A DNA stretch of 64,000 nucleotides from the IMG/VR virus record IMGVR_UViG_3300038457_000086, positions 3,097-67,096 of that record; one strand, 5' to 3'. This document shows, piece after piece, positions 45,875 to 55,800 of this stretch. The position numbers and the translations under genes are program-made. How positions within the stretch are numbered: the first letter of the stretch is position 1; the number at the start of each line of letters is the position of its first letter. Source of the stretch: a virus. The notes under the pieces were generated by a model. That model ran no database searches. It worked only from the letters and a program-made list of their open reading frames with translations, and had not been told where the DNA came from.

Positions 45875-47359
45875 TCACGCCCCTGTCTGGATCGCGTTGG
45901 GTGACTGGAGCGCCACTTCGATGAACGTGTACTTGTCCGCGTCGATCAGCATCACCGGCGCGTTGAGGATGTACGAGTTCGACGACGTAACCACCGCACC
46001 CGTAGTCGGCCCGGGCTCCACGGTAGGCGGCTTGAACGCACGGATGATCTGCGCCGACAGCAACTCTTTCAGCAGCAGTTCCGCTGTCTTTTCCTGGGAT
46101 TCGGCGGTCCCGTTGAGATTCTTTCCGCCCGTGTACTTTGCTTCGAGTTCAGTGCGCAGAAACCGCGACACATAGTCGGCCGAGCGTGTCTTGTGGTAGT
46201 CCCGGTAGTACCCGGCTGCTTCGTTGCTCGTCGAGAGACTGTCCACCACGTACGTCCCCCCACCGGGCTTGGGCGCGGATGGTGAGGCGCCGGCGAGCAG
46301 GAGCTGGTCGAGTTCCGCACCCTGCGCGGTGGAGTAGACGGTCTCGGGTGCCACCTCGATCGTTTCCTCATGGCAGAGGGATGTCGCGACGTCCGGTAGA
46401 CCGCAGTGCATGCCGGCGTACATCGCTGCCCGGTAGTAGGGGGGGTAGAGTGTGAGCTGCCCGGTGGAGTTGTAGAAGTACATGGCGGGGCAGGCGATCT
46501 GGGTGCGCTTGTTCTGCAGTGGGCTTGAGCCGTTGATCCGTTCGATCGTTTTCGTGTACGTCTCCCCGACCGCTCCGCCGCCGATCCAGGTGCGCTCTTT
46601 GCGAGCGTTCCCGTTGCTCATGATGTTGCAGTGTTCTTCGACCATCGCATGCACGCTCGCTTCAGCGGTCATCGGTGTGATGATGCTGATCGGCTGCGAT
46701 TCCAGCGCGGCGAGACCCGCAACCCAGTTGGCCGCTTCGGGGGCTTCTTCTTCACCACCCGCCAGTGCGGTAGCGGACGCTGTTTTCAGTTCGCCCGTGC
46801 CAGCCTTCGCTTCGGCGGTGACGAAGTTACTCGCGGTGTAGCCGAACAGTTCGCCGTTGATCGCCGCAGCGATATGCGCGTTGGTCGGTTTGCCAGATTC
46901 AAGGCTGGCGAAGTTCCATTTCTCACGGTACACGTTGCCGGACGGGTCGGTGTACTTGAGGACCACGATCGGGCCCGCTTCCACTGCGACGGTGATCGCG
47001 TTCGCCCATATGCCATAGCCGAAGGAGGTGAGCTTCACGAGCTCACCTGTCGCACCGGCCAGTTCGATGGTGGCCTGCGTGACTTTCTTGCCGACCCGTA
47101 CTACACAAACCTGCGAGCACTTCGCGAGCGCAATTCGGGCCCCATCGTATGCCGGTCCGGATCGCAGGACGGAGGCGAGGATACCCGGGGAGCTGAAGTA
47201 CATCGCTTCGCCCGACTTACCACCCGTGCAGGCACCCAGGATCGCGGGTATCGGACCGGTGTTGGGTGCGGGGTTTTGCAGTTCGCTCGCGTTGACCGCA
47301 CTATAGGCACCCGGCTGTACGACGTTGAAGTCGGGGCGCGTGACGAGATTAGCCGGCAT
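45875..47359 (-). CDS. Contractile tail sheath protein
   Basis: VQPGAYS N-terminus, YGIWANAITVAV, LAGG, RSADYVSRFLR...YTGG. Confidence 0.88.
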   Translation of the reverse strand: MPANLVTRPDFNVVQPGAYSAVNASELQNPAPNTGPIPAILGACTGGKSGEAMYFSSPGILASVLRSGPAYDGARIALAKCSQVCVVRVGKKVTQATIELAGATGELVKLTSFGYGIWANAITVAVEAGPIVVLKYTDPSGNVYREKWNFASLESGKPTNAHIAAAINGELFGYTASNFVTAEAKAGTGELKTASATALAGGEEEAPEAANWVAGLAALESQPISIITPMTAEASVHAMVEEHCNIMSNGNARKERTWIGGGAVGETYTKTIERINGSSPLQNKRTQIACPAMYFYNSTGQLTLYPPYYRAAMYAGMHCGLPDVATSLCHEETIEVAPETVYSTAQGAELDQLLLAGASPSAPKPGGGTYVVDSLSTSNEAAGYYRDYHKTRSADYVSRFLRTELEAKYTGGKNLNGTAESQEKTAELLLKELLSAQIIRAFKPPTVEPGPTTGAVVTSSNSYILNAPVMLIDADKYTFIEVALQSPNAIQTGA

Positions 47360-47540
47360 CTGGGTCCTCACTGGGGTTGAGGTAGGCGTCGAGTAGCTCT
47401 TGCCACTCCGCGTGGGTGTGCTGCTCGTTCCGCAGGTTTGGCCGCTCCGCAAGTAGGCCCGCGAACGGGATTCGTTCGCGTGTGTCGTCGCCGATCGCGT
47501 CCTCTGCGGAGACCGTCGGCTCTGTCGTTTTGCGGGGCAT
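47349..47540 (-). CDS. Small pre-sheath protein
   Basis: HTHAEWQELLDAYL; GGAGG RBS; typical position. Confidence 0.65.
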   Translation of the reverse strand: MPRKTTEPTVSAEDAIGDDTRERIPFAGLLAERPNLRNEQHTHAEWQELLDAYLNPSEDPDAG

Positions 47541-47549
47541 GCGCCCTCC

Positions 47550-48395
47550 TTAGTACGGCTCGATGTTCAGTTCGACGTCGACCGCCGCCTCGATCGATCC
47601 GATGACGGCCGGGTTGACCTGCACCTGTGTCGGGATCAGCGCCTCCGACCAGAATTCGACGGTGAAAAGGCTCACGTAGATGGTGTTCGGCTGCTCGTCG
47701 ACGGGGAGGTCCTGCTTCTCGGCCTGGACCTGCAGCTCCTTGACCTGTGAACTCGACGACGGCACGAGATGTCTGAGCGGGTAGAGCTTGCGGCGCAGCT
47801 GATTGTGCAGCCGATCTCGCTCGTCGCGATTGACATGGATCAGCTCGACTACGACAACGCTGTACAGCGGCTCCGCGTAGTAGGCACACGTTGCGACGAT
47901 GTTGTCTTCCCCATCGCGCACATACGCGTCCCCGGCGAAGCCACCCTGCCCGAGCCTCCCGGCGCCGTCCTCGCTCTCCGTAGCGATTGCCACGCCGATC
48001 TGCGGCATCGCCCCGGGGTAGGTGGGCCAGCCCTTGACGATCTTGATCGGGCTGTTCGTGATTCCGCTGACTGTGGGGTACGTTTCCGGGTCGATGCCGG
48101 CGAATAGCCCAATGTCGGGTGGTGTCTCGAATGTGAGGGGAAGGGTGAGGCCCTGGTCGGTGTCCTCTGGAAAGAACACGGCAACCTGCGTCGCATCGTT
48201 CAGGGTGTCCCAAACGATCTGCTCCGGATTCGGCAGATACGACGGGAAGAAACCGCTGGCGTCGGGTGCAACGGAAGGAAACGCAAGCCCTGCGGGACCG
48301 AAGTTCAGTCCTTCCCCGTTTTCGGGGAAAACGAGGCCTTCCTGTGTCGGGTAGGTGACGGTCGGCGTGGGGATTTCCGCGATCTGCTGCTCCAT
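47550..48395 (-). CDS. Tail completion/terminator protein
   Basis: GWP...PQIGV...ESED...LG, NRDERDRL; position. Confidence 0.65.
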   Translation of the reverse strand: MEQQIAEIPTPTVTYPTQEGLVFPENGEGLNFGPAGLAFPSVAPDASGFFPSYLPNPEQIVWDTLNDATQVAVFFPEDTDQGLTLPLTFETPPDIGLFAGIDPETYPTVSGITNSPIKIVKGWPTYPGAMPQIGVAIATESEDGAGRLGQGGFAGDAYVRDGEDNIVATCAYYAEPLYSVVVVELIHVNRDERDRLHNQLRRKLYPLRHLVPSSSSQVKELQVQAEKQDLPVDEQPNTIYVSLFTVEFWSEALIPTQVQVNPAVIGSIEAAVDVELNIEPY

Positions 48396-48397
48396 CG

Positions 48398-49165
48398 CTA
48401 CCTTTCCGCGAGGACCACCCTCACCTTCCCGCCAATAATCCGGCGCACGTCCTGTGTCGATGCCTGCGCCGCCGCGTCCATGAACGGCCGGGGCTTCGCC
48501 TCGGGGATGATCCAGCCCTTTTTACCGACCTTCCGGAACGCGATGAAGTAGCTGCCGCCGGACGCGGTGCGCTTACGGTCGAAGTTCATCGGCGACTTGC
48601 CCTGAGAGCGAAGTTTCTGCTCGAGGCTCTCGCTGCGATAGCTACTGGCGCGCTTCAGCACACCATCGGAGCCTTCGGTCAGGTATTCGGTCTTCCGCAA
48701 CCCGGTTGCCGAATATGGACCGGAGGGGTTCAGGGCCCGGGCGCCGAAGAACGGGACGGTCTTGCCGAGCATCGTCTTCTTCAGGTCGATCTCTTTGTGG
48801 CCGCGCTCGATCGCGCCAGCATACCGGCTGACCGGAACCGGCTTTCCCGGGTAACCACCCGTGTTCGAAGTTGAGGTGTGCGTGCCGTTGACGAACACGC
48901 GCGCGGTCCACTGGCTCGTGAACGGCCATTCTGTTTCCATCGCGCCCTTCAACGCCCCGGTCTTGACCCTGACCACGAACGCGCCGCCCGTGTACGTCAC
49001 GGGGTAGCCCGACACATTGCGGACTGCGCGCTGACGGATCTTCTCCGCGCCATCCCGCACGCCTTCGCCGAGCACACGGTTACCACCACCGAGCTGCGTC
49101 AGCGTGGCGCGTTTCATCAGGACCTGCAGGCTGCCCCGTTCGTAGCGCGCTTCGATGAGGGCCAT
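48398..49165 (-). CDS. Neck protein (HK97 gp10-like)
   Basis: VKTGALK, YAGAIERG, WIIPEAKPRPFM. Confidence 0.7.
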   Translation of the reverse strand: MALIEARYERGSLQVLMKRATLTQLGGGNRVLGEGVRDGAEKIRQRAVRNVSGYPVTYTGGAFVVRVKTGALKGAMETEWPFTSQWTARVFVNGTHTSTSNTGGYPGKPVPVSRYAGAIERGHKEIDLKKTMLGKTVPFFGARALNPSGPYSATGLRKTEYLTEGSDGVLKRASSYRSESLEQKLRSQGKSPMNFDRKRTASGGSYFIAFRKVGKKGWIIPEAKPRPFMDAAAQASTQDVRRIIGGKVRVVLAER

Positions 49166-49168
49166 GGT

Positions 49169-49684
49169 TTACACCCCATAGTTGACGAGCTGGTCGGCTT
49201 CGCTCGCGGACTGCAGGCTCACCCGCCACGCACGCTGGGCGCCAGCGAAGATAAAGGGCTTGGCTTGCGCGGCGGGATAGAAAACCCGGCCTTCCTCGGC
49301 GTCTCCTACGGCGGAGAGGGTGATGATCCGATCCCTGACGCGACGGTCGATGTAGCCTGGGCGGATGTCAAGTGGGGTTGTGAGCTGGGCTTCGCCTCGC
49401 TCCAGCTCCCCCTCCCGGCGAAAGGATAGCCAGCGGTCTTGGCTGCGGAACAGGCCTTTGATTTCTACTCGTGGGGCGTATATGACACCCAACCCCTTGC
49501 AAGGTTCGTGTCCCCACTCCGGCTGTTTGCTATCAGCCGAGTAGCACGAGCAGCGACTTGCCACCTCCCACCCTAGGGACACGGCACCCTCCCACGAGAA
49601 CAACTCTTCCATGACCGCCGAGTCCAAGTCCACTGTTGAGGGTGTGAACTGGGGGACGGGGCCGTTGGGAGATTCGAAGCTCAT
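49169..49684 (-). CDS. Head closure protein
   Basis: WE...CSC...CKGLGVIY, RDRI; position. Confidence 0.65.
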   Translation of the reverse strand: MSFESPNGPVPQFTPSTVDLDSAVMEELFSWEGAVSLGWEVASRCSCYSADSKQPEWGHEPCKGLGVIYAPRVEIKGLFRSQDRWLSFRREGELERGEAQLTTPLDIRPGYIDRRVRDRIITLSAVGDAEEGRVFYPAAQAKPFIFAGAQRAWRVSLQSASEADQLVNYGV

Positions 49685-50625
49685 CCGATCGTACTCATGA
49701 TGTAGCGGCGCTTGCGGCGACCCATCAGCTCGTCGCGCCGGGAGATCAGGGCCTGGACCTCCGACTGGAACGGGGAGGTGGAGAGGCCCCGGCTGTACCC
49801 GTCGAAGCTGACGCTCGAGACGACGCCTCTCGCGAGACCGGCCGACTGACCCAAGAATTCGGCCGCTGCATTGCAGACCGCGGCCTGCTGCAGGTTCCGC
49901 AGCCAGTTGAGCTGCTCTGGGTCACGGATGTCCCCTACATGCCAGTACCGTCCACCGTCGTAGCTTGTGCCAGGCCCAACCCCGACAGTGCCGCCGAATT
50001 CGTGCTCCGGGTCGAACAGCGGGTAGCCGTACGCGTAGGCGAGCTGCACCGCCTGGGGGAGTGGCGGGAAGAGGGAACCCCAGGCCTGGTAGTCGATCGT
50101 CTGCAGAAGGGCCTGCTCGACAGCCAACTTGTAGGTCCAGACCTTGACGACGCCCTCCTTGACGTAGTTCTTGATCTCTTCCGCCGTGTACACCCTCGTG
50201 TAGCCGAGGATCGGAGTGACGACCTGCAGTGCAGCTATCCGGGCAATCGGGCGCTTACGAGGCTGGATCTGGTTCGTGGTGTTCCCGTCGAACACCTCGT
50301 AGCCGACTTCTTCCCCGTACTCGAAGCACTGACCTTCGGGGAGCTTGAACCCCCGTTCGAGGATCTCTTTCCCTTCGCCCTGTTCGCCTTCGGGCTCCGG
50401 TTCGAGCGCGATGCCTTCCTGGGTGACGGGGAGATAGCGACAGTTGAATGCGGTGGTGGCCTGGTCCTCGACCCATGCGATCGACTCCCACAGGAGTTCT
50501 TCGATCAGCGGGTAGATCGTAACATCGCCCTCCTTCAGTTCGAACGGGGAGAGCAATGCTGCCGGTAGGGCTCCGAGCCGGCGCAGGACCTGCGAGACCT
50601 GGGGACGGTTGTCGTTTACGGCCAT
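49681..50625 (-). CDS. Head-tail adaptor protein
   Basis: RPIARI, QLAYAYGY, GVVSSVSFDGYSR. Confidence 0.7.
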   Translation of the reverse strand: MAVNDNRPQVSQVLRRLGALPAALLSPFELKEGDVTIYPLIEELLWESIAWVEDQATTAFNCRYLPVTQEGIALEPEPEGEQGEGKEILERGFKLPEGQCFEYGEEVGYEVFDGNTTNQIQPRKRPIARIAALQVVTPILGYTRVYTAEEIKNYVKEGVVKVWTYKLAVEQALLQTIDYQAWGSLFPPLPQAVQLAYAYGYPLFDPEHEFGGTVGVGPGTSYDGGRYWHVGDIRDPEQLNWLRNLQQAAVCNAAAEFLGQSAGLARGVVSSVSFDGYSRGLSTSPFQSEVQALISRRDELMGRRKRRYIMSTIG

Positions 50626-50647
50626 TGGTTCCTCTCCCTCAAGGGTG

Positions 50648-50724
50648 CCGGGCCGTCCCGCGAGCGGAGAGAGGGTGACGCGCGGGACGCCCGGCCGCTT
50701 CCGTCCTTGCGGGGAGGACGGAAG
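50648..50724 (-). terminator. Tandem GC-rich hairpins after the head module
   Basis: ccgggc-cgtcccgcg...cgcgggacg-cccgg and cttccgtcct...aggacggaag. Confidence 0.55.
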
Positions 50725-50728
50725 GTGT

Positions 50729-51454
50729 CTACTTCACGAGCTTTTTGTGGGCTGCAAGACCGCAGGCATGACTGTTCTCGAGCGACGCGTTGGAGCACTG
50801 GGTACCGTCACCCTTACGTGCCCAGCAGCGAGGCTCGCCGTCCGTGGTGAGCGGCTCGACGCCCTCGGGCAGCACAGCCTCATCCGGAGGGAGCACCTTG
50901 ACACTCGTGGTGATTTCCTTCGATTTGCCATCGGGGCCTTCCAGCGACGCGGTGTGTGGCTTGCCATCAGCCGGGAACTCGATGCCCTGTCGCTTCCCGC
51001 CATCCGGCAAAGCGTCCCCCGTCTTCTTGGTGTTCAGGTCCACACTACTGGCGACCATTGCCTCCAGCTCCGCGATCCTGGCCTTCAACTCCTCCGTCTC
51101 CGCTGAAGGTGCCACGGGCGCCACACGCTCTGGGATAGGGATGCCCTGGCTGCGCAGATACTCCTCCGATGCAGCTACCCGGGCCTCGGTCTCTGCCGGG
51201 GACTCCTGACGCTGCTGGCGGACATCACCGGCGATCTCCGCCGCGACATTCGGCACCTTCGGGGCTGCCGGTCCGGTGTAGCCTGGAACCATCAGCTTCG
51301 GATTGCGAAGCACCTCGGGTGCGTACTGCTCTGCGACCTTGCTACGGCCGTTCTTGAACTCCAGGGCGACTTCCCCCATCTGCAACGTGCAGTTGCTGTA
51401 AACGGGCTCGTCGTTGGAGTCCAAGACCGACAGTACGTCCAGCATCGTGTCCAT
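50729..51454 (-). CDS. Hypothetical protein with C-terminal C-x8-C-x9-C-x3-H finger
   Basis: RCWARKGDGTQCSN...CGLAAH; AGGAG RBS. Confidence 0.7.
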   Translation of the reverse strand: MDTMLDVLSVLDSNDEPVYSNCTLQMGEVALEFKNGRSKVAEQYAPEVLRNPKLMVPGYTGPAAPKVPNVAAEIAGDVRQQRQESPAETEARVAASEEYLRSQGIPIPERVAPVAPSAETEELKARIAELEAMVASSVDLNTKKTGDALPDGGKRQGIEFPADGKPHTASLEGPDGKSKEITTSVKVLPPDEAVLPEGVEPLTTDGEPRCWARKGDGTQCSNASLENSHACGLAAHKKLVK

Positions 51455-51478
51455 GTTCTCTCTCCTTCTGCTTGCTGT

Positions 51479-51982
51479 CTAGAAGCCGCCGACCGGCGAC
51501 TCGTTGCCCGCGCTGTACTTGATCGCCGTGAACGTGCAGAGTGACGTTTTGCTGGTGCCGACGGTGAACGATTCCGGCACCAGGATTTCCGCGACCGCGA
51601 TCCGCTTCGGTTTCGCTGCGGTACCAGCCGTCAAGGCCGGGAGGACTGGGGTTCCGGACGTGAGGGCGGACGCCGTGGCGAAAACTTCTTCCGCAGCGTT
51701 GACCTCGACGAGAACGAGGCACTTCTGCCCGGCGCCGGTCGTTGCCCCGGACGGTAGCGCAAGCGCTGTCTGGGCTTTGATCGACACCGGCAAAGAAACC
51801 CCGTCCGGTGCGTATTCCCCGGCAGTGATTTCGTATTTGACGGTGGTGCCTTCGGCTTTCGCTTCGAGACCGAAGATGATCTGCTGGGCGTTGGCCTGGC
51901 CGGCCTGGAGCTGCTCGGACTGGAAGACCTCCGCAAGCCGCTGTGCGCGCGGCTTCAGGAGATCGCGTGGTGTTGCTGGCAT
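51479..51982 (-). CDS. Putative head decoration protein
   Basis: Beta-rich, downstream of MCP. Confidence 0.55.
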   Translation of the reverse strand: MPATPRDLLKPRAQRLAEVFQSEQLQAGQANAQQIIFGLEAKAEGTTVKYEITAGEYAPDGVSLPVSIKAQTALALPSGATTGAGQKCLVLVEVNAAEEVFATASALTSGTPVLPALTAGTAAKPKRIAVAEILVPESFTVGTSKTSLCTFTAIKYSAGNESPVGGF

Positions 51983-52010
51983 GTCACGATCCTTTGTTTG
52001 CGGTGGTCTC

Positions 52011-52478
52011 TTAGCCTTCGACGACTCGAACTTCGGAGATCGTCGCGGTGGTCACTTCTACGAGCACCCACCACTTCGGCGGGAGCCGGAACTCCTCGAC
52101 GTTGACGGCGAGGGTCGTTGCAGCGGGGATGATCTCGTTCGTTTTCGCTTCCGCGATAGCCTTGGATGACCCGATCGAGACGTTGATTTTCCCGGCGGTC
52201 GCGGTCACGACATACCATGTCGACCAGACACCGGTGACGTCCTGGATCGGTTCGCCGGAGACCACTGTCGGTTTCGACACTGCGGCCGTAACACCGGGGG
52301 AGCCGAGCACGGTCGCGAGGCTCCCGTTCACCCAGTAGCCTTCACTGTTACGGGTGATGATGTCGCCCGTCGCAGGGCTGTTCTGGACGATCACGACAGG
52401 CCCGTTACCGGTCCCCGCAGGCCCCTCGCCGAGTGCGATCGGGTCGGGCCGGAGGATCTCTGGAGGGTATGCAGTCAT
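52011..52478 (-). CDS. Putative head accessory protein
   Basis: GAGGAAGG RBS; PATGDIITRNSEGYWVN repeat-type motif. Confidence 0.55.
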   Translation of the reverse strand: MTAYPPEILRPDPIALGEGPAGTGNGPVVIVQNSPATGDIITRNSEGYWVNGSLATVLGSPGVTAAVSKPTVVSGEPIQDVTGVWSTWYVVTATAGKINVSIGSSKAIAEAKTNEIIPAATTLAVNVEEFRLPPKWWVLVEVTTATISEVRVVEG

Positions 52479-52517
52479 GCTTCCTTCCTCACCTAGTTCT
52501 GTGATACCATATTCCAC

Positions 52518-52952
52518 ATGGAGCATGGGACCCTCAATGGATACAACTACCACGCCTGCCGATGTGAGGCATGTCGCGCCATACACCGCGAGTACAAGGG
52601 CAAACGCGAACGCCGCGTCGAACACGAACGCCGGGGCGCATGGTTCGCTGGGAAGATCTGCGTCAAATGTGGCTCAACCAAGCGCCTTGTTGCCCATCAC
52701 CGGGATAAGACCACGAAGGCCCCCAACTTTACGCGAGTGTGGCACTGGGGTCATGATCGCCGGGAAGCCGAGTTGGCTAAGTGCGACGTGCTCTGCGACC
52801 ACTGTCATCGCGCTCTGCACATCATGGAAAGACAATCGCCTTGGCGACATGGTACTAACGGTGGATACACCAACGGTCATTGCCGCTGCGACGCTTGTCG
52901 CGCTGCCCATGCTGGCGCAGCGCGAGCCTACCGAGAGAACTCAGGCTGTTAG
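52518..52952 (+). CDS. HNH-like endonuclease with HGT-x-x-GY-CRC-x-x-CR repeats, antisense, leaderless
   Basis: CVKCG...HHRD...ELAKCDVLCDHCH; two HGT..GY..CRC..CR motifs; TACCAT-N7-ATG. Confidence 0.8.
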   Translation: MEHGTLNGYNYHACRCEACRAIHREYKGKRERRVEHERRGAWFAGKICVKCGSTKRLVAHHRDKTTKAPNFTRVWHWGHDRREAELAKCDVLCDHCHRALHIMERQSPWRHGTNGGYTNGHCRCDACRAAHAGAARAYRENSGC

Positions 52953-53951
52953 CCCAGTTATTTCCGCGTTCCACTGGGGAGCGCGGCAGATGGGTGCCTC
53001 GTACTCATTTATCATAAACCTCTCCGAGTCGTCGATCTTCGCGAGGGGCTGCGAGCCGATTTTCTGGAGCTCGGCGATCTCGATGATGTTCTCGCCGGCG
53101 GTCTTCTCGCAGAACACGAACGCCTGCGATTCGTTGGTGCCAGCTTCCGGGGTGATGTAACGCGTGGGGATGATCGGCAGGCTGCCGAAGTCCGAGTCGT
53201 AGTACATAACCGACGTGCCGAGCTGGCGCTCGACGTGAACGACCCCGTCGCCGTTGTAGCGCACGAAGGACTGCAGCAGCTCGTTGAAGAACCGCTTCTC
53301 CCTCGCCCCTACCAGGATCGAGGTGGGCTCCCCGTTGTTGTTGTAGATTTTTTCGATCACGCTGTTCAGCAGCGGGATGCTGATCTTCGTGCCGCCGGCA
53401 AATCCGGAGGCGGAGAACACGACGCCGCCCTCGTTGTTGATGATCCGGCTGATACCGTCGAATTCGAGGAACTCAACGGTCTGTGACCCGTCGGCGTTGA
53501 CGATGGTCTTCGGGTTCGCCGCGGAGGCGTAGACAAGGCCTTTCTCCTCTTCCTGGAGGACACTGACCATCCGGGCCTGCTGCTCCAGCGCGAGCTGGTC
53601 CGCGAAGGAGCGACCTGCGGCGATCATCAGTCCCGTGACGCGGCCGACCTCGCCGATGCACTTGATCATCTTGCCCTTGCGGAGGTACTTCGTCGTTCCG
53701 TCCGGTGGGAGCTGTCCGTCGGCGTAGAACGCCCCGCCTTCCGGCGTGCCGAGTGAGGTGCGCTGCGTGTACTCGTGCGTGAGGCCGTTCGCTTTGATGC
53801 GACCCCACCGCTTACGCAGCGGTGTGCCTTTCATGTCGATCCGGGTGATTGCGGGCTCCAAGTCCTGTCGGATGAGAGCGCGCTCGGTTGAATCGACCGC
53901 CTTGTTCACGTCCGGCATGTCGAATGCGCCTGGGTCAATCCATTCAGCCAT
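52941..53951 (-). CDS. Major capsid protein
   Basis: ALIRQDLEPAI, TPLRKR, HEY, EFDGI, YDSDFGSLPIIPTRYI; strong GGAGGAG RBS. Confidence 0.88.
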   Translation of the reverse strand: MAEWIDPGAFDMPDVNKAVDSTERALIRQDLEPAITRIDMKGTPLRKRWGRIKANGLTHEYTQRTSLGTPEGGAFYADGQLPPDGTTKYLRKGKMIKCIGEVGRVTGLMIAAGRSFADQLALEQQARMVSVLQEEEKGLVYASAANPKTIVNADGSQTVEFLEFDGISRIINNEGGVVFSASGFAGGTKISIPLLNSVIEKIYNNNGEPTSILVGAREKRFFNELLQSFVRYNGDGVVHVERQLGTSVMYYDSDFGSLPIIPTRYITPEAGTNESQAFVFCEKTAGENIIEIAELQKIGSQPLAKIDDSERFMINEYEAPICRAPQWNAEITGLTA

Positions 53952-54090
53952 AGTTAACTCCTCCCCTCGTGGGGACCTTTCTGCTGGTTTATGAGATCCG
54001 CCAGAGGGGGCGGTTGTGTGACTCCCGCACGCGGGCGCGGGCAAGCTAGACAGCCATGGGGCTGTAGGGGATCTGGGTCTAGGCCCGGAT

Positions 54091-54357
54091 CTAGGCGGCG
54101 AGCGCTATGGGCTCGTCAAGGGTGAAGACGATGGCGCGTCGGACTGGCCGGATGGTGCTGTCCGGGTGCTCAACGGTCGTCCCGTCGATCGGTGAGACCT
54201 CTGGGGGGTTCCATCCGCAGGCGCAGCAGTGCCAGCCGTCACGGTCCGGGGGGTTGACCCAGCGCCACCACTCCGACATGTGCGCGTCGGAGCCGTGTGG
54301 GCCGGGGCAGAGACGCCGCACGGTGTACTCGCGTTGAGGCGCCTCACCCCAGCGCAT
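54091..54357 (-). CDS. Small Cys-rich protein inserted between scaffold and MCP
   Basis: Starts immediately after the upstream stop; CP...CCACG. Confidence 0.45.
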   Translation of the reverse strand: MRWGEAPQREYTVRRLCPGPHGSDAHMSEWWRWVNPPDRDGWHCCACGWNPPEVSPIDGTTVEHPDSTIRPVRRAIVFTLDEPIALAA

Positions 54358-55800
54358 CTAGTGGATGCCGTACGTCTCGCGGTTCATGACCTTCAGCACG
54401 TCCGTGACGGACTCGGCGTCGTCGATCTCCTTCTCCACCGTGGTCTCCGCGTCGTCCTCTTTGCCGTTCTTCAGGACGCGGGCGACGCTCTTACGGCCGG
54501 CCGGGAGCTTGCCGACGGTCTCCCTGAGCTCCATCAGCGCCTTCGCGACGAGCTCGAAGCCCTCCTTGGATTCGGTGCGCGTCTTCTCCAGATCCTCCGA
54601 CAGGTCGCCTGTCGCGAGCGCGACGACCTTCAGGACACCGGGGTCGACACCCTCGTCGGTGGCCATCTTCAGGACAGCGTCGCTGACCTTCTTGGACTTC
54701 GCCACCTCGGTGGCGGACTGCTGCTTCGCGTCGTCGGCCTGCTTCGCCAGAAGAGCCTCTAGCTCCTCAATGCGCTTCTCGAGATCCATCGTGGCCTCCT
54801 TGGACTTCTTGGTCGACTTCGACGGTTTGTCGTCGTCATCGTCGTCGTCCTGTTGGTTGTTATCAGCAGGCTTGTCCTCGGAGGATTCGCCATCGTTCTT
54901 ACTGCCGGCCCCGGAGCCATCGCCGGGGACGCTGTCTTCAAGTTCGTTCTTGCGCTTGTCCTGGTCCTGGCGTTCCTCCGGGGTCATGTCGACCGGGATA
55001 TCCGCCGCGAACTCGTGACCGCACTGGGGGCAGGAGAGGTGCCGCTCGGCCGGTTCGACGGTGTCCTCGTTGTCGTCGTCCTCGGGCTTGTCCTTGCCGT
55101 CGTCGTCGACGCTGAGGCCCTTGCTGCCGGGCTTCTTGGTGCCGGCGTTTCGTTTGCCGCCCGTTTCACTGTCCTGGCCGCTGTTACCGCCGCCGCCGGG
55201 CACCCACGAGCCCGTCACATCCTTCGCGATGTCCTCCTCTACGAAAGCGTCGTCGGCTGGCTCATCGCCGTCCCAGGTCTTGGCGACTGCGTGCGCGAAG
55301 CTGTGCTGGTAGGCAGGCTTGTCGGTCAGGCACATGTGGCGCGGGTCAACGAGGTCGAGTACCTTGCGCTTCTTGCCAGTGTCGGTGAGCTCGTGGAATG
55401 CGGCGCGGAGCTTGCCGCCGACCGACCATGCCATCTTGCGCTTGCGTGTCTCGTCCCACGCCTTGTCAGCGATCGCGTCGGCGCCCGCCGGGGGAAGCTC
55501 CGTCTTGATCATCAGCTGGTCGGTCTCGGGGTCGATGTGCGCCTGGACGACATCGCCGATCTCGGTCATCCAGTTCTGGTCATGGGTGCCTGCGGTGACC
55601 TTCACGCCGCCTGCGTTGATCGCGCGCATCATGCCGTCGATCGCGCGCTTGGACATGCGCTCGCCGTCCTGGTCCTCCTCGAGCCCGGTCGCAGCACCGA
55701 TGATGTAACGCTTCCCGGTGGCCTCGTCGATGTACGACTTCGTGATGTCGCCGACGTACTCGAAGTCCTCGTTAAGTGCAACTGCATCGGTGCGTTTCAT
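54358..55800 (-). CDS. Prohead protease with scaffold-like C-terminus
   Basis: IIGAATG..EDQDGE, H, WSVGG, LTDKPA; acidic/coiled-coil tail ending PAGRKSV. Confidence 0.85.
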   Translation of the reverse strand: MKRTDAVALNEDFEYVGDITKSYIDEATGKRYIIGAATGLEEDQDGERMSKRAIDGMMRAINAGGVKVTAGTHDQNWMTEIGDVVQAHIDPETDQLMIKTELPPAGADAIADKAWDETRKRKMAWSVGGKLRAAFHELTDTGKKRKVLDLVDPRHMCLTDKPAYQHSFAHAVAKTWDGDEPADDAFVEEDIAKDVTGSWVPGGGGNSGQDSETGGKRNAGTKKPGSKGLSVDDDGKDKPEDDDNEDTVEPAERHLSCPQCGHEFAADIPVDMTPEERQDQDKRKNELEDSVPGDGSGAGSKNDGESSEDKPADNNQQDDDDDDDKPSKSTKKSKEATMDLEKRIEELEALLAKQADDAKQQSATEVAKSKKVSDAVLKMATDEGVDPGVLKVVALATGDLSEDLEKTRTESKEGFELVAKALMELRETVGKLPAGRKSVARVLKNGKEDDAETTVEKEIDDAESVTDVLKVMNRETYGIH

